32,122 nucleotides of DNA. Origin: a virus. Lineage: Duplodnaviria > Caudoviricetes. The translations under genes were made by a program, and so were the position numbers. Below the pieces are notes generated by a model that was not told the DNA's origin, did not search any database, and saw only the letters and a program-made list of their open reading frames with translations. Where the stretch lies: positions 1 through 32,122 of the IMG/VR virus record IMGVR_UViG_3300038379_000713. One strand, 5' to 3'. The number at the start of each line of letters is the position of its first letter. Position 1 is the stretch's first letter. Below, in pieces: positions 9,686 through 17,627 of this stretch.

Positions 9686-11247
9686 GCCGCCGCCTGCGGC
9701 GCCGCCGCGGCCATCCGCTGCATCTCCGCCAGCATCTGCTGGCGCTCCATCTCCGTGCGGACGATGGAGGGCGGCACGCCGTAGAGCTCGCCAAGCTTGG
9801 CGGCCGTCTCCTCGGGCTTGGTAATCATCGCCACCATCTGCGGGCCGTAGCGCAGGCCCAGCTGCTCCAAGAACCGGTCGATGGTGCCGATGTCCTCCAT
9901 GCGCTGCGCCCGCGCCAGCGGCGACACCGGCTGCAAGGCAACCATGCGGCCATCGACGCGCGGCAGCTCGATGCGGCCGGCGCGTTGCAGCAGATGAACC
10001 ACGCGCCGCACCGCCGGGAACACTTTTTCCGTTTTCAGGCGGCCGAAGGGCGCGCCGATGCGCCGCGCCAGGGCCTCCTGCCGCGCCACCACCTCGGTCG
10101 CGCTCATGGGCGTCTTGTCCACCGGCGCGAACATGTCATCGTATAGGCCCTTGCGGATGTTCGTCCGCTGATCTTCCAGCACGATCTGCGACACGTCGAA
10201 GCTGCCGCCGGGCGTCAGCGGCTCCAGGCCGGCGCCGCCGACGCGCTTGGGGATGAACGTGCCCGGCAGGAGCTGCACCGTGTCCGGATTGAACACGCCG
10301 TCGTCCTCGTACTGCCAGACGCCGGAGATCGCGATTTCCGCGTTCTGCAGGATGAGCTCGACCACGAGATTGGCCGTTTTCACGCTCGACAGCACGTTGA
10401 GGAAGGGGCCGCGCCCATAAATCTCGCCGGCGGCGTTGGACCAGCGGAACACGATCCAGGGATTCGACCCCAGGCCGACGAACCGATGGCGATGCAAGAC
10501 GGTCTTGCCAGCCGGCCACAGCAGCCGCCACTCGTTTACCTCGTCCGACAGGACCGACCAGTTGCGGTACGTGCAGGACACCAGGAGCTCGCGGGCGTCG
10601 GGGTTGTCCTTGGCGCGGTCGGCCAGCTCGCGCGGGATCGTCGCCCCCGGCCAGACGATGGGAATGTCGGGGATGCGGATCAGCCGCGGGTGGAACACGG
10701 CGTCCACCTGCTGATGCGGCCCGACGTCAAGCACGAGATCGGTCAGGGGCACGGCCGTGGTGCGAATGACGCTCTGGAGATCGCCGTCCTCGATGGTGAA
10801 GGCGCCGGTGCCCACGCCGACCTCCACCAGCGCCTCGTGCGCCTGGGCCGAGAAGTTGCTGTTGTGAATGATCTCGAACATGTACTCGTTGACTTCGGCG
10901 AGTTGCCGGTTGGCGTCCGGGCGCAGGCGCGGCGGGATGCCGCTGCCGGCTTTGAGATCGACCCACCGCATGTAGTCCGGGATGAGCGAGGACGCCAGCC
11001 GCGAGGCGAAATCCTGCAGGCCCGCCACGCCGGTCTCGTCGAAGATCTGCATGGTCTTGTTCTGGCCGGGAACGTTCTCGTAGAAACCGAGGCGTCCCGG
11101 CAGGCCGTAGTCGTAGCACTCCTGCCAGAGCGGCCGCCACAGCTCCCACGTCTTTTTGGCGCGCTCGTAGCGCCGCGCCAGCCGGTCGGCCTCGGAGGCG
11201 TCGGCGGCCGGCGCCGGCGGCGCCTGCGCAATGGTCGGGACCGCCAT
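9682..11247 (-). CDS. Portal protein (head-to-tail connector, T7 gp8-like)
   Basis: 521 aa; 'WQECYDY', 'IFDETG', 'VGTG', 'RWSNAAGEIYGRGP', 'MSATEV', 'SPLARAQ' motifs. Confidence 0.95.
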   Translation of the reverse strand: MAVPTIAQAPPAPAADASEADRLARRYERAKKTWELWRPLWQECYDYGLPGRLGFYENVPGQNKTMQIFDETGVAGLQDFASRLASSLIPDYMRWVDLKAGSGIPPRLRPDANRQLAEVNEYMFEIIHNSNFSAQAHEALVEVGVGTGAFTIEDGDLQSVIRTTAVPLTDLVLDVGPHQQVDAVFHPRLIRIPDIPIVWPGATIPRELADRAKDNPDARELLVSCTYRNWSVLSDEVNEWRLLWPAGKTVLHRHRFVGLGSNPWIVFRWSNAAGEIYGRGPFLNVLSSVKTANLVVELILQNAEIAISGVWQYEDDGVFNPDTVQLLPGTFIPKRVGGAGLEPLTPGGSFDVSQIVLEDQRTNIRKGLYDDMFAPVDKTPMSATEVVARQEALARRIGAPFGRLKTEKVFPAVRRVVHLLQRAGRIELPRVDGRMVALQPVSPLARAQRMEDIGTIDRFLEQLGLRYGPQMVAMITKPEETAAKLGELYGVPPSIVRTEMERQQMLAEMQRMAAAAPQAAA

Positions 11248-11249
11248 GG

Positions 11250-11450
11250 TCAGCCTCCCAGGGTCGGATAGCCGATGCGGTCGCCGGACAGCAGCGACCT
11301 GAGGCCGCGAAAGCCTTTCAGCCGCGCCGCCATTTCCTCGCGGGCGCGCTCCTCGGCGGCCAGCCGCTCCTCCTCGGCCTTCTTCTTGGCCTCGGCCTGC
11401 GCCTTGACCAGTTCAGGGTCAGGTTTCAATTTTCCGCGGGTCATGCTCAT
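11250..11450 (-). CDS. Small charged protein upstream of portal
   Basis: 66 aa coiled coil ending 'GLRSLLSG...TLGG'; stop abuts the portal start. Confidence 0.7.
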   Translation of the reverse strand: MSMTRGKLKPDPELVKAQAEAKKKAEEERLAAEERAREEMAARLKGFRGLRSLLSGDRIGYPTLGG

Positions 11451-11874
11451 GCTCCCGTATCGTTGCCGTCAGCTCCTGGAATCGCCGCCGGGCGCCGCGC
11501 CGCAGCAGGGCGCGGTAAAGCTGCCAGGGCGTCCAGGCCCAGCTCTTTAATCCAATCAGGTGCTTTGTCATACTCACACAGAACAGGGGCCAGCCCAGGG
11601 GGAACGGGCGCTCGCCCGCCGTCTTGGTTTCCAGGATGACGGCGATGTCGGCCAGGCCCAGGAGCATGGCGTCGACGCGCTCGTCGTCCAGCGCGAAGAT
11701 CGCCAGGCCCTCGGCCGTCCAGTCGGCGAAGATCCAGACGTCGGCCTCCGGGCAGTAGCCGAAGGCGCTGCAATGGCCGAAGCCGGGCCGGTGCCAGGTG
11801 AAGACGCCCCAGAGGCGGCGCCGCGGCCCCGGCGTGTCGTAGAACGCCACGTACCAGTCGCGCGGGCCGATCAT
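11419..11874 (-). CDS. Putative permuted papain-like (His...Cys) protein
   Basis: 'GFGHC' near the N-terminus, then 'FCVSMTKHLIG...WTPWQLYRAL'; ATG coupled to the upstream mini-ORF stop. Confidence 0.6.
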   Translation of the reverse strand: MIGPRDWYVAFYDTPGPRRRLWGVFTWHRPGFGHCSAFGYCPEADVWIFADWTAEGLAIFALDDERVDAMLLGLADIAVILETKTAGERPFPLGWPLFCVSMTKHLIGLKSWAWTPWQLYRALLRRGARRRFQELTATIREHEHDPRKIET

Positions 11875-11960
11875 CGCGGCGGGTCGCCGACGTCGGCCAG
11901 GATCGGCGGGTGCACGTTGCCGCGGATGCGCGTCGCGCCCTCGATGACGCCCACGATCAT
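11871..11960 (-). CDS. 29-aa mini-ORF (MIVGVIEGATRIRGNVHPPILADVGDPPR), possibly an internally deleted gene
   Basis: ATGA overlaps with both the terL stop and the next start; below the ORF-track cutoff. Confidence 0.55.
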   Translation of the reverse strand: MIVGVIEGATRIRGNVHPPILADVGDPPR

Positions 11961-13483
11961 GAACGCCTCCGAAGGCTCGCGTTTCGGTCGCGGCTGCCGC
12001 GCTCATACACGTTCCAATGCCGCTTGGCCTGCACGACGCGGCCCTGCCGGTCGGCCGGCGGCCGCAGCAGCGCCGTGCCCTCGCCGATGCCCAGGCACAG
12101 ATACTGGTAGGCCTCGGCGACGTGCGAGGACTGGTTCTTCAGCGGCCGCTCCGCATGGCGCACCCCGCCGCTGACCGCGATGCGCGGAAAGTGATAGCCG
12201 CCGGCGCACGCCTTGCGGAAATGCCGGCAGCTGGGGTCGATTAGCAGGCCGGGCTTGCCCTCGACCATGCGCTTGAACGGCGCCTCGGCCGCCTCGATGC
12301 GCAGCGTGAAGTCGTTGCTGTGCGCCGGCACGGCCAGCAGGCCCTGGGCGTTCAGGATCATGAAGGGCGTCTGCTCGTCCGTCTGCGCCCGCTGGTCGCC
12401 GGCGGGGTCGCCGGTGATGGTCACCGGGCAGTCCGGGTAGTCGCGCGCCAGCAGCTTGCGCAGCTCGCGCCCGAACGTTTCCATGCCCATGCTCGTGGCC
12501 ACGAGCTCGCGCTGGATCAGCCGGCGGCCGCGCAGGTCCTGGCTCAGGACGGCGGCCGGCGTCAGGCCGAAGTCCAGGCCGATGTCCACGGGCGTCCGCG
12601 GCAGGATCGGCAACGGCGTCGGCGAGCAGTGCGTGTCCTCGTTGAACTGCGTGTAGACCGCCTTGCCCTCCTTCACCACGACCAGCCGGTTGCCGACGTT
12701 GCGGCGGATGTGGGAGGCCGTCTTGCCGCGGATGAGGTTCTCGTAATAGCCCGGCGGCAGGTAGCGCAGGTTCTCGGCCCGGGGGTTCATTTCCCATCCC
12801 GTGGTGCGGCCGGCCTCGTCGCGCAGCTCCAGCATCGCCGGCGGCTGGTTGAAGAACCGCCAGTTGTCGGGCTTCTGCAGCATGGCCGCTTCTTCTTCGG
12901 GAATGTCTTCCGGCAGGGGCACGTCGCCGGCGACGATCGGCCACCAGTGGTCCGGATCCATGGCGTTGGTGTCCATGACCAGGCCGGACCAGGTGGGGCC
13001 GCCGTCGATGGTGCGGGGGAAGCGGCCGATGCGCTCGATCAGCGTGTCCACGACGATCTTCGGCACGAACCGCGCCTCGTTGATCCAGCCGAAGGTGACA
13101 TCCAGGGAATAGAGTTTCTTGACGTCTTCCTCGTAGTCCAGCGCCAGGAACCACATCTCGAAGTCGATGTCGCCGACGCGGACGCGGTGCACGAACGGCG
13201 GCTGCCAGTTGAACTTGCCCCACTGCGCCTCGGGAAACCATTGCAACCAGGTGGCGATGGTCGTGGTCTTGAGCTCGGGCTGCGTGTTGCGGATGGCGAC
13301 GCCCTTCGTGCGACGTATCCCGTCCGGGCCGGGCCGCTGCTGGCAGGCGCGCCGGAACAGCTCGATGCCCGCGCAGACGGACTTGCCGGAGCCGATGGGG
13401 CCGCGGATGCCCCGGACGAAGGCGTCCGACAGCATGAACGCCGCCAGCGTCTCGCCGTCCGGCGCGTAATTCAGCTCGGGCAT
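11957..13483 (-). CDS. terL: Terminase large subunit
   Basis: Walker A GPIGSGKS, Walker B WINE, coupling motif DTN, nuclease 'IGLDFGLTPA' and 'SHVAEAYQY'. Confidence 0.95.
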   Translation of the reverse strand: MPELNYAPDGETLAAFMLSDAFVRGIRGPIGSGKSVCAGIELFRRACQQRPGPDGIRRTKGVAIRNTQPELKTTTIATWLQWFPEAQWGKFNWQPPFVHRVRVGDIDFEMWFLALDYEEDVKKLYSLDVTFGWINEARFVPKIVVDTLIERIGRFPRTIDGGPTWSGLVMDTNAMDPDHWWPIVAGDVPLPEDIPEEEAAMLQKPDNWRFFNQPPAMLELRDEAGRTTGWEMNPRAENLRYLPPGYYENLIRGKTASHIRRNVGNRLVVVKEGKAVYTQFNEDTHCSPTPLPILPRTPVDIGLDFGLTPAAVLSQDLRGRRLIQRELVATSMGMETFGRELRKLLARDYPDCPVTITGDPAGDQRAQTDEQTPFMILNAQGLLAVPAHSNDFTLRIEAAEAPFKRMVEGKPGLLIDPSCRHFRKACAGGYHFPRIAVSGGVRHAERPLKNQSSHVAEAYQYLCLGIGEGTALLRPPADRQGRVVQAKRHWNVYERGSRDRNASLRRRS

Positions 13484-13484
13484 G

Positions 13485-13676
13485 TCAGGCCGCCGGCGGT
13501 GGCGCCGCCTGCGGATCGAAGGCGCGCATCCGCGACGTCACCGTGCGGCAGGCGCCGCAGGCGAGATCGCCGTTGTCGCGGACCTCCCAGAGGTCGTGGC
13601 CGCAGCCGCAGACGAGGACGACGCGGGTGCCGGGCGCGCCGGGAATCAGCGGGAAGTCCAGGATGTCGGCCGTCAC
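13485..13676 (-). CDS. Small zinc-ribbon protein (CxC...CxxC), 63 aa
   Basis: GTG start overlapping the upstream stop (GTGA); VCGCG...ACGAC. Confidence 0.55.
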   Translation of the reverse strand: MTADILDFPLIPGAPGTRVVLVCGCGHDLWEVRDNGDLACGACRTVTSRMRAFDPQAAPPPAA

Positions 13677-13906
13677 GGGCGCACCAGCCGCGACAGGACC
13701 GCCTGCCGCAGGGTCAACGCCAGCTCCAGGGACTCGCCGGGCCGCAGGCGCCATTCGCCGACTTGGCGCGTCAGCGACCCCTCCTCCAGCTTGCGGACTT
13801 CCAGCACGAGCCCGCTGGTGCTTGGGTTCATCACGGTGACCGTGTTGTCCGGCCACAGGCGCCGCCGCTCGGCGGCGATGGCGTCGGCCGCGCAAGCCTC
13901 GGTCAT
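13673..13906 (-). CDS. Hypothetical protein, 77 aa
   Basis: ATGA-coupled to the upstream ORF; plausible composition. Confidence 0.55.
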   Translation of the reverse strand: MTEACAADAIAAERRRLWPDNTVTVMNPSTSGLVLEVRKLEEGSLTRQVGEWRLRPGESLELALTLRQAVLSRLVRP

Positions 13907-14154
13907 GCGAGCAACCCCCGGCGAACGGCCCGCGCGATCATCTTTTCGCAGGTCTCCGGGCCGAAGCTCTCGATGATCCGATCGGCCTCGCGGTCGGTGC
14001 AGCGTTCCCCGGGGTAATGCCGCATGTGCACGCGGCGCACGATCTGCCGCAGGCGCTGCAAATCCTTGAACCGGAGCTGCGCGACGAAGGACGGGCGGTC
14101 GCCAGGGATCAGCGGGTCGGCGGCGGCGTCCGCCGGCGCGTCCGGGCGCTTCAC
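13903..14154 (-). CDS. Conserved-looking phage hypothetical protein, 83 aa
   Basis: 'LRQIVRRVHMRHYP...TDREADRIIESFGP'; overlaps neighbours at both ends. Confidence 0.65.
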   Translation of the reverse strand: MKRPDAPADAAADPLIPGDRPSFVAQLRFKDLQRLRQIVRRVHMRHYPGERCTDREADRIIESFGPETCEKMIARAVRRGLLA

Positions 14155-14426
14155 CGGTTGCGCCCGGAATCACGGGAACCCTGGAAGATCGTCGGCTTGG
14201 GCGCCTTCACCGGCGCCGTCAGCAGGACGCTGAACGTGCCGCCGGCGGCGGCGCCGGGGCGGCCGCGAATGCCGCGCCCGCCAAACGGACGGCCCCCGCG
14301 CGGCCGGCCGCCGCCGGCGCTGAGAGCCTCGAACAAGGGGATTCCGGTCTGTCTCACGATCGACCTCGTGAAATCGTTGCTGGGCGTCCAGGGATTGACG
14401 CGCGTCGGCAAGGTCGCGTTGGCCAT
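14151..14426 (-). CDS. Hypothetical basic Gly/Arg-rich protein, 91 aa
   Basis: GAGG RBS before ATG; stop overlaps the next start. Confidence 0.55.
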   Translation of the reverse strand: MANATLPTRVNPWTPSNDFTRSIVRQTGIPLFEALSAGGGRPRGGRPFGGRGIRGRPGAAAGGTFSVLLTAPVKAPKPTIFQGSRDSGRNR

Positions 14427-14563
14427 GGTCTACCTCGCAGTATTGAAACAGGCGCCGGGCGCCGCGCCTGGCGGCACGTAGCAGACGATCTGCCGGAGTC
14501 TCGGCCCGGCGCGATTCTCAGATGTGCCCATGCTCCCGTTCTCCTTCCGTTCCCCCGCCGTTG

Positions 14564-14992
14564 TCAATCGGCCGCCGTCGGCTTCGCCGCCTTGCGCCGG
14601 CCCGCCGCCGCCACCTTCTTGGCCACCCGCGCCGCCATCCGCCGCCGCTGGCGCTCGACCTTCAACCGCTCGATCACCCGCGCCTCGATCTCCGCTTCCC
14701 GCTCGGCCTCGGTCGGACCCGCGACCGCCGGCCGCGCCCCCGCGCCGTCCACCGGCTCGTCCACCGACCGCCCGACCCGCGCGGCCGCCTTCACCGCCGG
14801 CACCCGCGACGGCCGCGCCGCCACCGACGGATGCAACCCGCCCTCGGCCGCCGCGATCTCCTTCCGCAACTGCCGCGCCAGCGCCCGGGCCACCCCGCCC
14901 GCATTGCCGGCCGCAATCTCCAACTCCAACGCCGACAACCGCCGCCGCGCGGCGGCCAGGTCATACGGCCGCAAGTCGCTCAGGCTGGGCAT
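14564..14992 (-). CDS. Hypothetical basic coiled-coil protein
   Basis: GGGGAG RBS before ATG 14992; same strand as the operon. Confidence 0.55.
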   Translation of the reverse strand: MPSLSDLRPYDLAAARRRLSALELEIAAGNAGGVARALARQLRKEIAAAEGGLHPSVAARPSRVPAVKAAARVGRSVDEPVDGAGARPAVAGPTEAEREAEIEARVIERLKVERQRRRMAARVAKKVAAAGRRKAAKPTAAD

Positions 14993-15116
14993 CGGACACA
15001 CTCCCCGACAAATCTCACAGGACACCCGCTATCGCGGAAACCATTTGGAGACATCTTGCCAACCTCCTGAGGAAACATGCCACCTGCGACAGTGCAGGGA
15101 GGCGGTGAAAGAAAAT

Positions 15117-15581
15117 TTACAGACGGGGCGGGGGGGTCACGGGACCATCGCGCCGTTTCGACCCCCCCGGGGTCACATCGACGATGGGGCCGTGGGGCCC
15201 CCTCGCGTCGGGGATCGAGATGTTCACCACCAGCGGGCTGCGCTGCGCCCCGGCATCGCCCGCGCCGATCCGGTTGCGATTCAGGACGTCCTTCGCGGCC
15301 TCCAGCGAGACATAGCCGCTCTTGTGGCGGATCAGCTCGTGCAGCCGCTGTGCCGCGAAGGGCGCGGCTTGCGCGAGGATCAAGTCCGTGTGTTCGATCA
15401 AGGCGTTACGGACTTTCGGGAGTCTTATAAGCCGGGAGGCGGTCACATGCGCCGACTTTTGCCCGTATCCTGCGGCTATTGCGGCCTGCGTGCCGTTGCC
15501 GTTGTTCGCTAAATACGCTTCCACGAAGCGTTCCTGCTTAGGCGTCAGCGCCTGGGCGGGTGTCAGCGGAAGGGTTGGCAT
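15117..15581 (-). CDS. terS: Terminase small subunit
   Basis: 'LTPKQERFVEAYL...NGTQAAIAAGY...AHVTASRL...PKV' HTH signature; AAGGA RBS. Confidence 0.9.
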   Translation of the reverse strand: MPTLPLTPAQALTPKQERFVEAYLANNGNGTQAAIAAGYGQKSAHVTASRLIRLPKVRNALIEHTDLILAQAAPFAAQRLHELIRHKSGYVSLEAAKDVLNRNRIGAGDAGAQRSPLVVNISIPDARGPHGPIVDVTPGGSKRRDGPVTPPPRL

Positions 15582-15808
15582 CGGCGTCCTTTGTCGTCTC
15601 GTTTGTGTACACAGGGCGCAGGGGCGGAAACCCCCGTCAATGCACAGACCTAACACTTTGGGCTGCGGCGGATTTCCGCCTTATACCCCGGAGGGGTAAG
15701 GGGGCGCCTCCCGATGCTCCGCATCGGGACCGCGCTCTACTCGCTGCGCTCCCCGAGCCGCTGCGCGTCTCGGCCCTGGCGGGTGACGATCGCTGGCGCG
15801 GCGGCGGC

Positions 15809-16272
15809 TGTCGCCGCCGGCTTCCCCGGTGGGGCGGCGCCTGATCGCGTGTGAGCGGCCCGTTCCGCCCCTGACCGAACCGCCTGGCGCTGCATCCCCG
15901 GGGCCGGCCGGCCTCGGCGGCGGGGTCCGTTCTGCGCCGTCGGCCCACGGTATAGGGGGCCGTTGTGCTTCAGACCTGCGCCCGCTCCTGCGCACGCTGC
16001 GCTGCGCTCCGCGCCCTCCGGGTTTGCAAGAACAAAGACGGTTTCCGCTGCGCGGACCCTCCGTCTTTCTTCTTGCAAATGCGCAGGACCGGTCGCGGAC
16101 GGTCACGCACAACGGCCCCCTATACCGTGGGCCGAAGACAACAGGACGCTCGCCGCGTCGGCCGACCAGCCCCTCCAGGGGGTACAGCGAACACGTTTCG
16201 CTCAGGTGCACAACGGGCCGCTCACACGCGATCAGGCGCCGCCCCACCGGGGAAGCAGACTTTTTGGCGACA
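15809..16272. repeat. ~465-nt imperfect nested inverted repeat (rod-like hairpin) in non-coding DNA
   Basis: Perfect 45 bp (15820-15864/16212-16256), perfect 29 bp (15940-15968/16107-16135), 9 bp (15986-15994/16080-16088), 18/19 bp (16023-16041/16061-16079), 7 bp (15809-15815/16266-16272). Confidence 0.95.
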
Positions 16273-16435
16273 ACCCTGTTGTGAACGAAGACCGGGACGA
16301 CGCCCTGCCCCTGACGGGGCCGGGCCGTCCCGATGCCGACATCTCCGCCGGCGCCGCGCTTGCGGCCCGGCCCCCGGCGGCGCCGCCGCCACCGACCAGG
16401 AACACCCTGGGTTTTTGCAAGAGGAGGTAACGACC

Positions 16436-16633
16436 ATGACCAAAGGACAATTCCTGAAGCACGATCTGCACACGGACCCGCGGATCCAGGACCTGCTGGA
16501 CCTTGCCGAGTACGCCGAGGGCCGCGGCGACGACGACGAGGCCGCCTGCGCCCGCGCCGAGATCGCCGCCATCCAGCGCGCGGCCCTGCCGCTGGTGGTC
16601 CAGCTGCCCATCGCGTTCAAGGGGCTGCTGTAA
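16436..16633 (+). CDS. Hypothetical protein, 65 aa (first gene after the hairpin)
   Basis: Strong RBS GAGGAGG; normal codon usage. Confidence 0.75.
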   Translation: MTKGQFLKHDLHTDPRIQDLLDLAEYAEGRGDDDEAACARAEIAAIQRAALPLVVQLPIAFKGLL

Positions 16634-16718
16634 CCGGCATCCCCCGGCGGCGGCCCGCGCCAAGCGCGCGGACCGCCCGCTGCTGTTCCCCATCCGTTCA
16701 CCTTAGGAGGTATCGACC

Positions 16719-17243
16719 ATGTCCACGCACCACCGCGTCGTCGCGCAGCGCGACGCCGCCGACGAAGCCGCCAGCACCATCTGCACGTCTCTCATGGACG
16801 CCCAGGACATCGAGAGCGCGCACCGCGACCGCCAGCAGCGGGCGCAGAAGCTCATCCAGGCCCTGGCCTCGTTGTTCGAGGAGCCAGAGCTGGAGTTCAT
16901 GCAGGAAGCGCTGATCCGCGATCTCTGCTTCGCCGCCGACCGCAACGCCGGATGGGCGAGCGGCCGGCTGCACGAGGTCCTCGGGGAGATCAAGGAAGCC
17001 CTGGAGACCTTCAACGGCTCGGAGATCGCGGACACGCGGCTCCAGCGCAAGAACGACTACGCCGCCCGGCTGGAGTTCCAGCAGGAGGCTTGGCAGGACC
17101 TGCTGGCGGCCGCGCAAGGCGCGCACCGCCAGCTGGTCGGCCGCGACTGGTTGCCGGCGCCGAAGGGCCGGACCGCGGACAAGCGCCTCACCGCGAGCGC
17201 CGCGGACGCGCGCAGCCGCCTGGCCCGCCACGGCATCGCCTGA
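16719..17243 (+). CDS. Helical protein resembling the N-terminal region of alphaproteobacterial plasmid/ICE DUF2493 proteins
   Basis: AGGAGG RBS; 'NGSEI...G.DW.P...LTAS..D.R..LA' pattern (family similarity recalled, not searched). Confidence 0.6.
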   Translation: MSTHHRVVAQRDAADEAASTICTSLMDAQDIESAHRDRQQRAQKLIQALASLFEEPELEFMQEALIRDLCFAADRNAGWASGRLHEVLGEIKEALETFNGSEIADTRLQRKNDYAARLEFQQEAWQDLLAAAQGAHRQLVGRDWLPAPKGRTADKRLTASAADARSRLARHGIA

Positions 17244-17278
17244 CAGTACTGCCGGCGAGCGGCGGCGACGCCGCTCGC

Positions 17279-17307
17279 TTGCAATCCTGCAAGTTTGCAG
17301 CTATCGT
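17279..17307 (+). promoter_or_regulatory. Sigma70-type promoter with palindromic operator in the spacer
   Basis: TTGCAA-17 bp-TATCGT; operator CTGCAAGTTTGCAG at 17287-17300. Confidence 0.75.
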
Positions 17308-17339
17308 GATCTCAATCCTGCATCCCCAGAGAGGCACCC

Positions 17340-17627
17340 ATGCAATTCATCGTGATGGTCACGGTCATCGGCGTTCTCGCCGCCGTCGCCAAGATCGTTG
17401 TCCTGCTGCGCTTGGGCGTGCTGCGCAAGCTTATGGGCTTTCACTTCGCCCTCGACCTCGCCGCCGGCGCCCTGTTCGCCTGGCTGTTCTTCGGCACCCT
17501 GACCGGCATGGTCATCGCCGCCATCGCCGGCCTTGTGTTCAGTCTGTTCATCACCGTCTACCGCCGCGTGGCCGGCTACGAGCGCTTGACGCTGCGCGGC
17601 TGGCGGGACGTGCGTCCCCATGCGTAG
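17340..17627 (+). CDS. Small membrane protein (about 3 hydrophobic segments)
   Basis: 95 aa, strongly hydrophobic; GAGAGG RBS. Confidence 0.75.
   Translation: MQFIVMVTVIGVLAAVAKIVVLLRLGVLRKLMGFHFALDLAAGALFAWLFFGTLTGMVIAAIAGLVFSLFITVYRRVAGYERLTLRGWRDVRPHA

Noticed and set aside
137-14017. Long + strand ORFs (423, 866, 664, 436, 565 aa etc.) opposite the structural genes
   Set aside because: Antisense shadows of GC-rich genes; no recognisable motifs, and the minus-strand genes have clear phage signatures.
15809-16272. Hairpin as a protelomerase (telRL) site, IS/MITE ends, retron msr-msd or CRISPR array
   Set aside because: The centre is not a perfect palindrome; no protelomerase, transposase, reverse transcriptase or cas gene in the window; no repeat-spacer periodicity or target duplication seen.
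15637-16430. Overlapping ORFs on both strands across the hairpin, sharing peptides such as MGRRLIACERPV
   Set aside because: The shared peptides are a by-product of the inverted repeat; low-complexity composition and no RBS.
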